In this document: in pieces, positions 19,274 to 27,830 of the stretch
Position numbering within the stretch: the first letter of the stretch is position 1
How the letters are laid out: each line of letters opens with the position of its first letter
Source: an uncultured Gammaproteobacteria bacterium
GTDB taxonomy: Bacteria; Patescibacteriota; Microgenomatia; Levybacterales; UBA12049
Direction: 5' to 3'
Assembly: GCA_964512695.1 (NCBI GenBank)
Contig: CAZEJU010000006.1
Span: forward strand, 2,591-66,590
DNA: 64,000 bases
Made by a program: the position numbers and the translations under genes
The notes under the pieces: generated by a model
What the model saw: the letters and a program-made list of their open reading frames with translations, nothing else
Database searches by the model: none
Told to the model about the DNA's origin: nothing

Positions 19274-20056
19274 TTGCTTGATATATCAGGTAAAAGTGCA
19301 ATTGTAACAGGAGCAGTAGGCATAGGATATGGTATTGCATATCGCTTGGCCGAAGCTGGAGCTAGCGTCATGATCGCAAGCCGTAGTGAGGAAGAAGCTG
19401 CAGGGACTGCGGCAAAACTTACTGAGAAAGGATGGAAGGCAAAAGGATTACACACAGATGTATCGAATGAAATAGATGTAAAAAGAATGGTTGAGCAAAC
19501 AGTCAATACATTCGGATCAGTAGATATTTTAGTTAATAATGCCGGTATCTATCCCTCAACTCCTGTCAGCCAGATGACTTTAGAACAATTCAAAAAAGTT
19601 GTTGCAGTAAATCTTGAGGGAGTATTTTTATGTTCCAAATATACCTCAGAGCAAATGATTAAACAAGGAAAGGGTGGAAAGATTATCAATATTACGTCTA
19701 TTGATGCACTGCACCCTTCATCTATAGGTTTAGCTCATTATGATGCTTCAAAACATGGAGTCTGGGGTTTTACCAAAAATATTGCGCTTGAACTTGCTCC
19801 GCATGGAATTTGGGTCAATGCAATCGCACCTGGAGGAATTATTACACCAGGTGTTCAAAAGATACAACAGTCTATGCCAATCTCCAACGATGTAAATATG
19901 TCTGAGGTAATAAAAACATTCTTAAACAAAATTCCAATGCACAGGATGGGTGAACCTGATGAGATAGGAAAAGTTGCGCTATTTCTAGCATCAGATATGT
20001 CGTCTTATATAACAGGGACACAAATTGTCGTTGATGGAGGTGTATTACTCTCATAG
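19274..20056 (+). CDS. SDR family oxidoreductase (FabG-like)
   Basis: TGAVGIGYGIA cofactor motif, NNAGI, and a catalytic YDASKHG (YxxxK). Confidence 0.85.
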   Translation: MLDISGKSAIVTGAVGIGYGIAYRLAEAGASVMIASRSEEEAAGTAAKLTEKGWKAKGLHTDVSNEIDVKRMVEQTVNTFGSVDILVNNAGIYPSTPVSQMTLEQFKKVVAVNLEGVFLCSKYTSEQMIKQGKGGKIINITSIDALHPSSIGLAHYDASKHGVWGFTKNIALELAPHGIWVNAIAPGGIITPGVQKIQQSMPISNDVNMSEVIKTFLNKIPMHRMGEPDEIGKVALFLASDMSSYITGTQIVVDGGVLLS

Positions 20057-20417
20057 AGGGGTTATGATAAAAAATGTATTAGACCTTCTGGGATGGGGAA
20101 TAATTCTTTGGTTAATTGGTTATATATTAGGCATTATTCTTTTTTTCATTCTTCCTGTCTCACTAATTGGTTGGTTTATTATGCCAATAGGTTTACTAGT
20201 TACTACATGGGTATTACAGAAAAAAATAAAAAATAGATCTCTCACTTACTACCTTCTTCTTTCCCTGACATGGACAACAATTGCAATTCTGTTAGACTAT
20301 TTATTCCTCGTCAAACTTTTGAAACCAGAAGATGGGTATTATAAAACAGATGTGTACTTGTACTACTTATTTACCTTTACATTCCCACTAGGTATCGGTT
20401 GGCAGAAAAATAAATAA
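20025..20417 (+). CDS. Hypothetical membrane protein
   Basis: Three or four TM helices. The start is uncertain and could be the internal MIKNV. Confidence 0.35.
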   Translation: MSLMEVYYSHRGVMIKNVLDLLGWGIILWLIGYILGIILFFILPVSLIGWFIMPIGLLVTTWVLQKKIKNRSLTYYLLLSLTWTTIAILLDYLFLVKLLKPEDGYYKTDVYLYYLFTFTFPLGIGWQKNK

Positions 20418-20711
20418 ATTTGTACTTATAATTCACCACAACACGGTTCATAAAAGACATTTTTAAAGAGAATTTTTTAATCTTTTAAAAGTTTCATCTA
20501 CCTCAAGTTTATGTTATTTCTACTCTGTCTATAAGATCTTTAAGCTTTTCTAACATAAGAGGGAATGCGTGTAGTCTGCCTTTTGGTTGAGATGACCACG
20601 TTTTTTTACTGTTATTAATGCTGCATTGCATCGTTTTTGTAAATCTTCATCTAATCAGTAGGGAACATACTCATCATTATCTGAATTAATGGCTACATTC
20701 TTATACTATAA

Positions 20712-21617
20712 CTATTTGGTCTTTTGCAGTACATGCAGGTAATAGCAGGCAACACCTTTCTCGATTAATATAGGCATCAGTAATCCAGCAATAGAGTTCT
20801 TTACTAGATTGGAAGGTAAAAATACCTTGATAGTTTTTGTAACTATCTTGTGGCTAAAGAAGATCAACGCTTGCCTTTCAAACCGCTTAAGCGTAGGCAT
20901 TATTTGTTGTGAATAATCGTTTTTCTTTATAAGCTTAAGTCCAGATTCCTGTATTGTTTTGTTAAAAGCTTCAATATACTCAAAGCTATCTACTGCCATA
21001 GTTTTCTCTGTCAGCTTTTTAGCTATCGTTTCTTGATCGGATAATTGATCAATAGGCTTACGAACATAACCGTCAAATATAATAAATACACCACCTTTTC
21101 TTAACTTTTTCCGCACTTCTTTGAGTACAATATCTTTTCTATTACTATGACATAATGCCTCAATCACAAAAATAAGATCATATGAATCATTTTTATAATC
21201 TTCTAAATGGTGATAATCACCAAACCGTTGGCTGTAGTTCCGTATTTTTTGTGGCATAGGTTTTTTTGAAAGATCAATACCTTCAAATGATACAGACGGA
21301 TTATTTCTTGCAAGATAAATGCTATTCGATCCATTTCCACAACCAATCTCTAAAACCTTATTAGCTTTTAAGCTTTTAATATATTCCTGAATAATAACAA
21401 GATGCGTTAGAAGATCCTCGGGATAATAGCGATTACCTTTACTAATCCCCATATGCATGAATCCCTTTCTGTTATGGAAAAACAAATAGGCAAAATGATT
21501 TACAAGATAATAAGATAGTATTTCTTCTCTTTCCTGCTTCTCATTAATTATTTTTCCAATATCAAATGAAGAACCTATAACGGATAGATATGTATTAAGA
21601 TCGTTTTTTCTTTGCAT
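20712..21617 (-). CDS. Class I SAM-dependent methyltransferase
   Basis: Motif I VLEIGCGNGSNSIYLA and post-I acidic residues (FEGIDLS). Confidence 0.7.
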   Translation of the reverse strand: MQRKNDLNTYLSVIGSSFDIGKIINEKQEREEILSYYLVNHFAYLFFHNRKGFMHMGISKGNRYYPEDLLTHLVIIQEYIKSLKANKVLEIGCGNGSNSIYLARNNPSVSFEGIDLSKKPMPQKIRNYSQRFGDYHHLEDYKNDSYDLIFVIEALCHSNRKDIVLKEVRKKLRKGGVFIIFDGYVRKPIDQLSDQETIAKKLTEKTMAVDSFEYIEAFNKTIQESGLKLIKKNDYSQQIMPTLKRFERQALIFFSHKIVTKTIKVFLPSNLVKNSIAGLLMPILIEKGVACYYLHVLQKTK

Positions 21618-21946
21618 GACCTAGCATTTATTGTATCAAAGAAAGAGTTCAAAAAAGATATAATATAAGTATCATGCAAGGCAGACTATCAACGTATAAT
21701 ACCAGGTATTGAAAAATCGTGATCGAGCTAATGAACGAAGACTCTTTTTAATCAAGCAGTAACAGCAGAGTTAGATACATCCAGATAATCGTGTATTCTA
21801 GGCTTCGAAACAATAAAGACTTGATAGCAGTGAGAAAAAAAGGAGGACAGCTGATTCCTGAGAGGATTGATATTCACTTAAATCTATTACATACATTATT
21901 AAGGCAACTCTATACGCAGTAATTCGTGGGAAAATGTGATGAATTG

Positions 21947-22019
21947 TACGCCCGGAGGGAATCGAACCCCCAACCAAGTGATTAGAATTCACTTGCTCTA
22001 TCCGTTGAGCTACGGGCGC
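21947..22019 (-). tRNA. tRNA-Arg (anticodon TCT)
   Basis: Revcomp GCGCCCGTAGCTCAACGGATAGAGCAAGTGAATTCTAATCACTT...GGTTCGATTCCC...CGGGCGTA. The anticodon loop is ATTCTAA. No CCA is encoded. Confidence 0.8.
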
Positions 22020-22172
22020 AAGCTATCTGTAATAGAAGCCAAAAGAAACTATTGGATATTTTAGCAGTAAATTAGGATCAGTGCAATGAACCAAGACAAC
22101 AGGATAATCTCTGGCTAAACCAAATAGGAAAAATGGTGTAAAAGGTGTGCTTAAAATACACTGGTTTTTGAT

Positions 22173-23231
22173 ATGTTTTGCGTCGTTGACAAAGCTCAGG
22201 TGTTCTTTTATAGTGAAGGTATTATGCTTACAAAATTTCTTCACTATCTACTAAAAAACCAAATAATTTTTGCGCTTTTCATTATAGTTGTGGTGTGGTT
22301 TATGTTACAAATTAAATCAATAATTGCTTCTATATTCATCGCGTATATTATTATGGCTGCTCTTCTACCGCTGGTTGAATTTCTTATGAAGAAAGGCTTA
22401 CCTAAGATTGTTTCAGTTCTCATCGCATATACCAGCATTATGTTTATCGGTTTTCTCATAATCTTTCCTTTAATACCATTCTTTATCTCCCAAGTGCAAT
22501 CTCTCTTAATTGGTTTTCCTGTTTATGTCTATAAATCTGCTACTACACTGGGTTTGCCTATAGACACGGCAAGATTACAAACATACATCGCTCAGGAAAT
22601 TGATATCATAGGAGCAAATGCATTTAGCGTCACAAAGCAAGTTTTCGGAGGCTTATTCTCATTATTAACCATTCTTATCGTTAGTTTTTATTTATTGCTT
22701 AATCATGAGTCTTTTAAATTGTGGATCGCGAAAGTATTTCACGTTGATGATAGAGAAAAAGTCTATCAAATTTTAAAAAACGTGGATAATAAGCTCGGTG
22801 CATGGCTTCGAGGACAGTTATTGCTTTGTTATATTATTTGTATTTTAACATGGTTAGCTCTCACAATTATTAATATGCCATACGCATTACCACTTGCTCT
22901 CATAGCAGGTATTCTCGAAGCGTTTCCGACAATCGGTCCTATTCTCTCTGCAATTCCTGCAGTTATTGTAGCTTTAACGATTTCACCCACAACAGCTCTT
23001 ATAGTTATTTTGGTTTATACGATTATTCAGTTATTAGAAAATAACGTTATCGTACCAAAAGTTATGGAGCAAGCAGTAGGTCTTAATCCGATTGTTATCA
23101 TTATTGCAGTTTCGACAGGATCGACGTTAATGGGGATAACCGGAGCCTTATTATCTATTCCCTTTATATCTTTCTTAGTAGTTCTTTTTAATAGTATTCG
23201 TAATTCGAAGATTTCTACTTTACGCCGATAA
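22173..23231 (+). CDS. AI-2E family transporter (PerM/YhhT, UPF0118)
   Basis: 8-TM protein with the family-typical region IAGILEAFPTIGPILSAIPAVIVAL. The start may be the internal MLTKF. Confidence 0.7.
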   Translation: MFCVVDKAQVFFYSEGIMLTKFLHYLLKNQIIFALFIIVVVWFMLQIKSIIASIFIAYIIMAALLPLVEFLMKKGLPKIVSVLIAYTSIMFIGFLIIFPLIPFFISQVQSLLIGFPVYVYKSATTLGLPIDTARLQTYIAQEIDIIGANAFSVTKQVFGGLFSLLTILIVSFYLLLNHESFKLWIAKVFHVDDREKVYQILKNVDNKLGAWLRGQLLLCYIICILTWLALTIINMPYALPLALIAGILEAFPTIGPILSAIPAVIVALTISPTTALIVILVYTIIQLLENNVIVPKVMEQAVGLNPIVIIIAVSTGSTLMGITGALLSIPFISFLVVLFNSIRNSKISTLRR

Positions 23232-23802
23232 CAAGCGTCCAAGGTGTCGGCTTCTTAACTGCCACAATGCGAAGGTACTTCTCAACAAATTTTTTAAATT
23301 TTTTTGTTGACCAGTGTTGGATATGTTCTGGATGATCACCAAATTTACGAATATTTTTACCTCGTAGAAATCTTTGTATTGAAAATAAGGGTTCATTTGG
23401 CACTGAAAGAACAATATGTTTTTTCGACACTCTAATAAGTTCTTGTAAGGCTTTTTCAGGATTTTCGAGATGTTCAAGAACTTCACTACAAATAACAATA
23501 TCGAAGGAGTTGTCTTTATATGGCAGCTTATAAATGTTTCCCTTTCTTAACGTGAGATGGGGATGAAGTTTTTTACCTATTTCAATAGCAGTTTCAAGTG
23601 TATCTACTCCTTCTAAGTGTTTGCCTATATTTTCTTTTCGTAAACGCTGCAGCGTAAACCCTTCACCACAGCCTACGTCGAGAATACGTGTAGCATGTAA
23701 GTTTTTTATTGCTTTAATTAACGTTTTATTAAATCTGTTAAGAAATATTTTCCCAATGGGATTTTTCGTAGTGTGTTTTTCAAAATTGGACGTTTTTTCC
23801 AT
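23215..23802 (-). CDS. Class I SAM-dependent methyltransferase (Methyltransf_11-like)
   Basis: Motif I ILDVGCGEGFTLQRL and motif II FDIVICSEVLEHL. Confidence 0.7.
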   Translation of the reverse strand: MEKTSNFEKHTTKNPIGKIFLNRFNKTLIKAIKNLHATRILDVGCGEGFTLQRLRKENIGKHLEGVDTLETAIEIGKKLHPHLTLRKGNIYKLPYKDNSFDIVICSEVLEHLENPEKALQELIRVSKKHIVLSVPNEPLFSIQRFLRGKNIRKFGDHPEHIQHWSTKKFKKFVEKYLRIVAVKKPTPWTLVIGVK

Positions 23803-23834
23803 AACATTTCAGGTAGGCATTATAAATGGATTCT

Positions 23835-23908
23835 TGGAGCGGGTGAAGGGAATCGAACCCTCGTATCAACTTTGGAAAAGTTGTGTTCTGCCATTGAACT
23901 ACACCCGC
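23835..23908 (-). tRNA. tRNA-Gly (anticodon TCC) with encoded CCA
   Basis: Revcomp GCGGGTGTAGTTCAATGGCAGAACACAACTTTTCCAAAGTTG...GGTTCGATTCCCTTCACCCGCTCCA. The anticodon loop is TTTCCAA. Confidence 0.85.
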
Positions 23909-24260
23909 GAGTACTACGACGAAATTTATTATTATCTACCCACGGCCACTATAGATTACTTTAGGGTTATGCGGTAGTTTATATGTTTAGAATTATAGCA
24001 AAGATGGTGCGGATAGGGGAAGACCCATGAAAAACCCGCCTTGGAAACGCATTTGTTTCAACTGGCGGGTTTATATTTTTCACTATGCCAAATCACATCA
24101 AAAATAGATACATCCGGCGTTTGTTTAAAAGTACAATAAAATTGTAATCCTGAGGTATAAGGATTTTAAACTTTTAAACAAAAAACGCCGGATTATGCAT
24201 GTATATTTCTCCCATGGGAGACGTGAGCCGGGAACTAGAAGCCCGGCTCACATACTCACG

Positions 24261-24359
24261 CTAGCGGAGCAGACCTCCCCACGCCGCTAGGAGAATGACG
24301 ATTACCGCCAGGACTGCGGTAATCGTGACGAAGAACTTAGGTGGGATATCTTGCTTCAA
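24261..24359 (-). CDS. 32-aa single-TM peptide (TTG start), translationally coupled downstream of the GC-rich gene; not in track
   Basis: RBS AAAGGAGG directly follows the TAG stop of the upstream gene, then a 6-nt spacer and TTG. It encodes LKQDIPPKFFVTITAVLAVIVILLAAWGGLLR. GC-rich codon usage matches the islet. It is followed by the GAGCCGGG/CCCGGCTC hairpin. Confidence 0.35.
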   Translation of the reverse strand: MKQDIPPKFFVTITAVLAVIVILLAAWGGLLR

Positions 24360-24379
24360 ACCATTCCTCCTTTTGTCTG

Positions 24380-25537
24380 CTACTCGCAGCCAGGGCTAAG
24401 CAGCAATCTGTCCCACCACGAGCAATCCGTGCGTTTAGGTTGCTCGCGAGTAGTGTAGATCTTGTATAGTCGGTAAACCGTATAGGTCACACCGGCTATG
24501 ACAACGATTCCAACTGCAGTTGCCGTAAGCCCTACTGCGTTTGCAGCAACAGCGGCCACTACATAGTGACCGGCATTTGTTACAAGGGTCTTTCCGATGG
24601 GTACCGCGATACGCACGGCCACGTACGTACCCGCGGTCAAACCGACAGCCGTAGCAGCCCCAACCTCAAACTCCTTTCCTTCAACATTCGTACCCAGTTT
24701 TTGGCCTATGTACAGGCCAAGTTCTTCTAGGGTAGAACGGGCATTTTTGTTAGCTGCATCGACGGCTTCTGTGCCACCACCCTGGGATCTGTAGTAGTCC
24801 GCAGGGTCGGGATACCTTTCCACTCCACTGAGTTCCGAGTGTGCGTGAAACCAAGGTAAGCTTCCCGGTCTATCGCACCTCATCCATCCCATTCTCGTTG
24901 CCTGCACAATTACTACCCCATCTCGCTTGTGGGTAGCTGTTATGCAACCAGTAGGAGGTTTGGGACTTTCAGGGGAATATCTGGGTGGCGCAAACCTCTG
25001 ACCACTGATGGAATCACCCATCAGTTTGCCTGTTACGTTATCGTAACAATTTCCTCTGTTCGGGTATTCTCCTTGAGGACACACCTCCCTGCAGTATCCC
25101 GTGCCTGATATGCTGGAACACTGGCGAAGGTGATAGGTATTAGGATCCCATCCCCACACTCCTCCGTTGGGGTGTGGGCTACCCACACTTGGTTGAGTGT
25201 TTGTAGTCGGACCTGTAGCTCGCAACCCACTCGTGGGTGGAGCTATATTTCCGGTACAATCCACACAAGGCCAGTCACGACCTTGGTCGTGTACCCAACT
25301 GTTCGTGCGACCTGTCGGGTCACAGACTACGTGCTGCTGGTACTTACCAGCCCGTGTAGTCTGGCCGTTGGGGACTATTTGACCACCTAGACTACTCGCA
25401 GAGCAGCCAGGCTGTCTTTGAACAGCTGGAGCTGCTTCAGTCAGACGAGGAAGTAATAGCAGGGGTTGAACGGCCAATATGCAGGCGATACATAGACTGA
25501 TAAGCCTAAATCGCCATTGTGTCGACTTGGTGAACAT
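24380..25537 (-). CDS. Cys-rich secreted/membrane-anchored protein of unknown function (GC-rich foreign-looking gene)
   Basis: Probable start is the ATG at 25537 (MFTKSTQWRFRLISLCIACILAV..., signal peptide) with RBS AAAGGAGGG; the track start at 25573 is a GTG. There are about 20 Cys in the mature part. The C-terminus has Ala/Val/Gly-rich TM helices (VGLTATAVGIVVIAGVTYTVYRLY). Confidence 0.5.
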   Translation of the reverse strand: MFTKSTQWRFRLISLCIACILAVQPLLLLPRLTEAAPAVQRQPGCSASSLGGQIVPNGQTTRAGKYQQHVVCDPTGRTNSWVHDQGRDWPCVDCTGNIAPPTSGLRATGPTTNTQPSVGSPHPNGGVWGWDPNTYHLRQCSSISGTGYCREVCPQGEYPNRGNCYDNVTGKLMGDSISGQRFAPPRYSPESPKPPTGCITATHKRDGVVIVQATRMGWMRCDRPGSLPWFHAHSELSGVERYPDPADYYRSQGGGTEAVDAANKNARSTLEELGLYIGQKLGTNVEGKEFEVGAATAVGLTAGTYVAVRIAVPIGKTLVTNAGHYVVAAVAANAVGLTATAVGIVVIAGVTYTVYRLYKIYTTREQPKRTDCSWWDRLLLSPGCE

Positions 25538-25565
25538 CGTCCCTCCTTTAGCGGGAGTATTTTTT

Positions 25566-25619
25566 GAGAACACCGCATATAAAGTGAATTTAGTATTTCA
25601 CCTTATACACGGCGTTCTC
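25566..25619. promoter_or_regulatory. 54-bp imperfect palindrome immediately upstream of the RBS of the GC-rich gene (candidate operator)
   Basis: GAGAACACCGCATATAAAGTGAA tttagtat TTCACCTTATACACGGCGTTCTC; 19 of 23 arm positions are complementary. Confidence 0.4.
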
Positions 25620-25743
25620 TTTTCATGCATGATTTGTCAAAGTTCTAAATACAGAATAATCTTAAGAATATATTATACTACTATGAATTAATAATTTATG
25701 TGATTTGTTATAATGAACGCTGGTTAATTATTTATCTATTTTT

Positions 25744-26697
25744 ATGAGGAAATCGAAAAAGAAACTCTTCCGAAGAGGAACAGAACAAAAATATCCTAAA
25801 ATAAAGCATATATACGCACAAACTAAAAAACCAAGGCGGATTCGGAAAGTAACATCTGCTTCACAACCTCATTTTCGCCCTGTGATTAGTATGCCATTTT
25901 TGTTTTTTTCGCTTCTACTTCTTGCAATAGCATCAGTGACTTTTATCCTTTACCAAATGAGAGTAACATTTGTACTTCCTTCTGTTGAAATACCCAAGAT
26001 CTCTTTTTTTATACCGAAGGTTACTCTTCCTACTATAACTTTCCCAGAAATCTCTACACCTAATGTAGAATTTACATTGCCTGCATTACCTGATTTCAGT
26101 CATAGTATTACTACCATTCGAGATTCTCTTTGGACAGTAGCAAATTTTACTATTCATGGTATACAAAGTATCTGGAATGCGAGCATTACATTTATAGTTC
26201 GCGCGTTACGCTACTTCGATCCTCGTCCGTTATTAATAACTATCTATTACGGAATTTTTACCAGTATTCCATATCTCGTTACCTATTCTATAAAATTTTT
26301 GGGGATGATAGATCCACTGCCCCTTTTTCGTATAACCTTAGAATTTGAAATATCCTTCCTGTATATACTTGGTATGTTACTTATAGAACTTCTACAACTA
26401 ACATATGCCGGACTTATTATACTTTTTGAAATTACCTTGGCAGTGAGTCAAGCGATATTTGTTTTTTTAAACTCAGTATATAATGCATTAAAATCGGTTG
26501 TGTATAGTATATATTTGCCATTAAGCAAATTTTTTAGTGTATTGTATGGTTATACATCCCACGGGATAAAAACAATAGTTGAGTATGTAATGTTTTTTGT
26601 TATGATTGTAATAAATGCTATAGAGCCTTCTATAGAACTATTTAAATTTACCTTTAAGAATGCTGGTGAGTTTATGAAAGCAGTAAGTGGTTCGTAA
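25744..26697 (+). CDS. Hypothetical polytopic membrane protein with a Lys/Arg-rich N-terminus
   Basis: Basic N-terminus (MRKSKKKLFRRGTEQKYPKIKH...KKPRRIRK), then multiple TM helices. No known motif. Confidence 0.4.
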   Translation: MRKSKKKLFRRGTEQKYPKIKHIYAQTKKPRRIRKVTSASQPHFRPVISMPFLFFSLLLLAIASVTFILYQMRVTFVLPSVEIPKISFFIPKVTLPTITFPEISTPNVEFTLPALPDFSHSITTIRDSLWTVANFTIHGIQSIWNASITFIVRALRYFDPRPLLITIYYGIFTSIPYLVTYSIKFLGMIDPLPLFRITLEFEISFLYILGMLLIELLQLTYAGLIILFEITLAVSQAIFVFLNSVYNALKSVVYSIYLPLSKFFSVLYGYTSHGIKTIVEYVMFFVMIVINAIEPSIELFKFTFKNAGEFMKAVSGS

Positions 26698-26712
26698 TTT
26701 AGTGTATGTTTA

Positions 26713-27738
26713 TTACTGTATTTTTTCTATAAAGCTTCTATGAACTTCTGGTAGATCAAGCGATAAAGCTTCCTCTTTCGTTACCCATCTATATTCGGTA
26801 TGCTCCCAACTTAGTTGTACGTCTTCAGTAATAGTTTTGGCTATAAATCCAATCATTACAATAAAGTCTTGGTTTACTTTTGTTATGGGAAAAGTTTGGA
26901 TATGAATAGGACGTACATCAGTTACACGTAATCCTGTTTCTTCCTTCACTTCTCTGTTTATAGCATCAGTAGGGTTTTCTCCAAATTCAATTGCTCCACC
27001 TGGAAAATCCCACCCTCCAGCTCTATCAATTTTATTGGAACGTTTAAGGATAAGAATCTTCCCGTCTGGATTTAGTATCACAGCCTTACCACCAATTTTT
27101 GCAAATACTTCCGGTTCGCTATATCCATCAATAAACGTAGCTTCTGGAAACAGCCGAACTATCCCATGCTTATCCTTACCTGAGAGATAACCATGATATT
27201 GCTCAAGTTTCGGTAATTTAATTCCCATATCTAACGGTGAGAACAGGATATTCGTTTGATATTTTTTGGCGAAAATTCTTTGTTTATACGAACATTTTTC
27301 AATATCTCCCGATATGATAATGAACGGTTTATCTTCTACCTGTTCATAGACTTTTTCTTCAAAAACTTCAATGTTTTTTATTAATATCACACGTTCATTT
27401 ATATCCGGTAGTGACTGGACTGTATACACAAAGCTTTCGTGGTCACCACTTTCAATGAAGATGATTTGTTTTTTATCGGCATCATGTGGAAGTTGAGAGT
27501 TTTTAATGATCAGAGGAGCAGTCATATTTGTAAGTTCTAGAAAGGTATCTCGCGCCATGTGATAAGCACTGAAGAATAGTACTTTTACACTATGACGATA
27601 CATATCAGCGAGAAGATTTACCGTAAAATAAGAAGCACCAGACTTATCAACTCCATGGATAAGGCAGGGTAGATCTGAAAGCCGAATCTGAAGTTTAGAT
27701 TTATCCAGGAGAAGCGTATTCATGAATAGATTATACAT
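26713..27738 (-). CDS. Two-domain protein: N-terminal uncharacterised domain (about 190 aa, degenerate P-loop-like) fused to a C-terminal NUDIX hydrolase
   Basis: C-terminal Nudix box GGAIEFGENPTDAINREVKEETGLRV. The N-terminal domain has GVDKSGASYF (Walker-A-like but non-canonical) and IIFIESGD (Walker-B-like). Confidence 0.55.
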   Translation of the reverse strand: MYNLFMNTLLLDKSKLQIRLSDLPCLIHGVDKSGASYFTVNLLADMYRHSVKVLFFSAYHMARDTFLELTNMTAPLIIKNSQLPHDADKKQIIFIESGDHESFVYTVQSLPDINERVILIKNIEVFEEKVYEQVEDKPFIIISGDIEKCSYKQRIFAKKYQTNILFSPLDMGIKLPKLEQYHGYLSGKDKHGIVRLFPEATFIDGYSEPEVFAKIGGKAVILNPDGKILILKRSNKIDRAGGWDFPGGAIEFGENPTDAINREVKEETGLRVTDVRPIHIQTFPITKVNQDFIVMIGFIAKTITEDVQLSWEHTEYRWVTKEEALSLDLPEVHRSFIEKIQ

Positions 27739-27830
27739 GACGTTTATTTATAAAAGAAATCCAGTTATATAAGAAGGAAGAATTTTTAAGAATTATTTGT
27801 ATAAGCTAGATTGAAATTATTTATGGAAGA

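Larger units (their letters stand above)
24000..25620. other. Compositionally atypical GC-rich islet (candidate horizontally acquired segment) adjacent to tRNA-Gly
   Basis: There is an abrupt shift to GC-rich sequence and GC3-rich codons (GCG, CCG, GGC, ACC), unlike the AT-rich surroundings. The segment is bounded by hairpin and palindrome clusters at 24032-24249 and 25566-25619. Confidence 0.55.

Noticed and set aside
21798-23977. ORFs overlapping tRNA genes or antisense to transporter/MTase genes (21798..21992, 22023..22244, 22244..22459, 23027..23242, 23220..23498, 23621..23977, 23773..23964)
   Set aside because: 21798..21992 and 23773..23964 run across tRNA-Arg and tRNA-Gly. The others are antisense to the AI-2E transporter or the methyltransferase.
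24597-25691. Plus-strand ORFs 24597..24794, 25130..25390, 25197..25382, 25479..25691 and minus 25033..25230 within the GC-rich gene
   Set aside because: GC-rich sequence generates long spurious frames. All are internal to or antisense of the 24380..25537 ORF, which has a signal peptide and an RBS.
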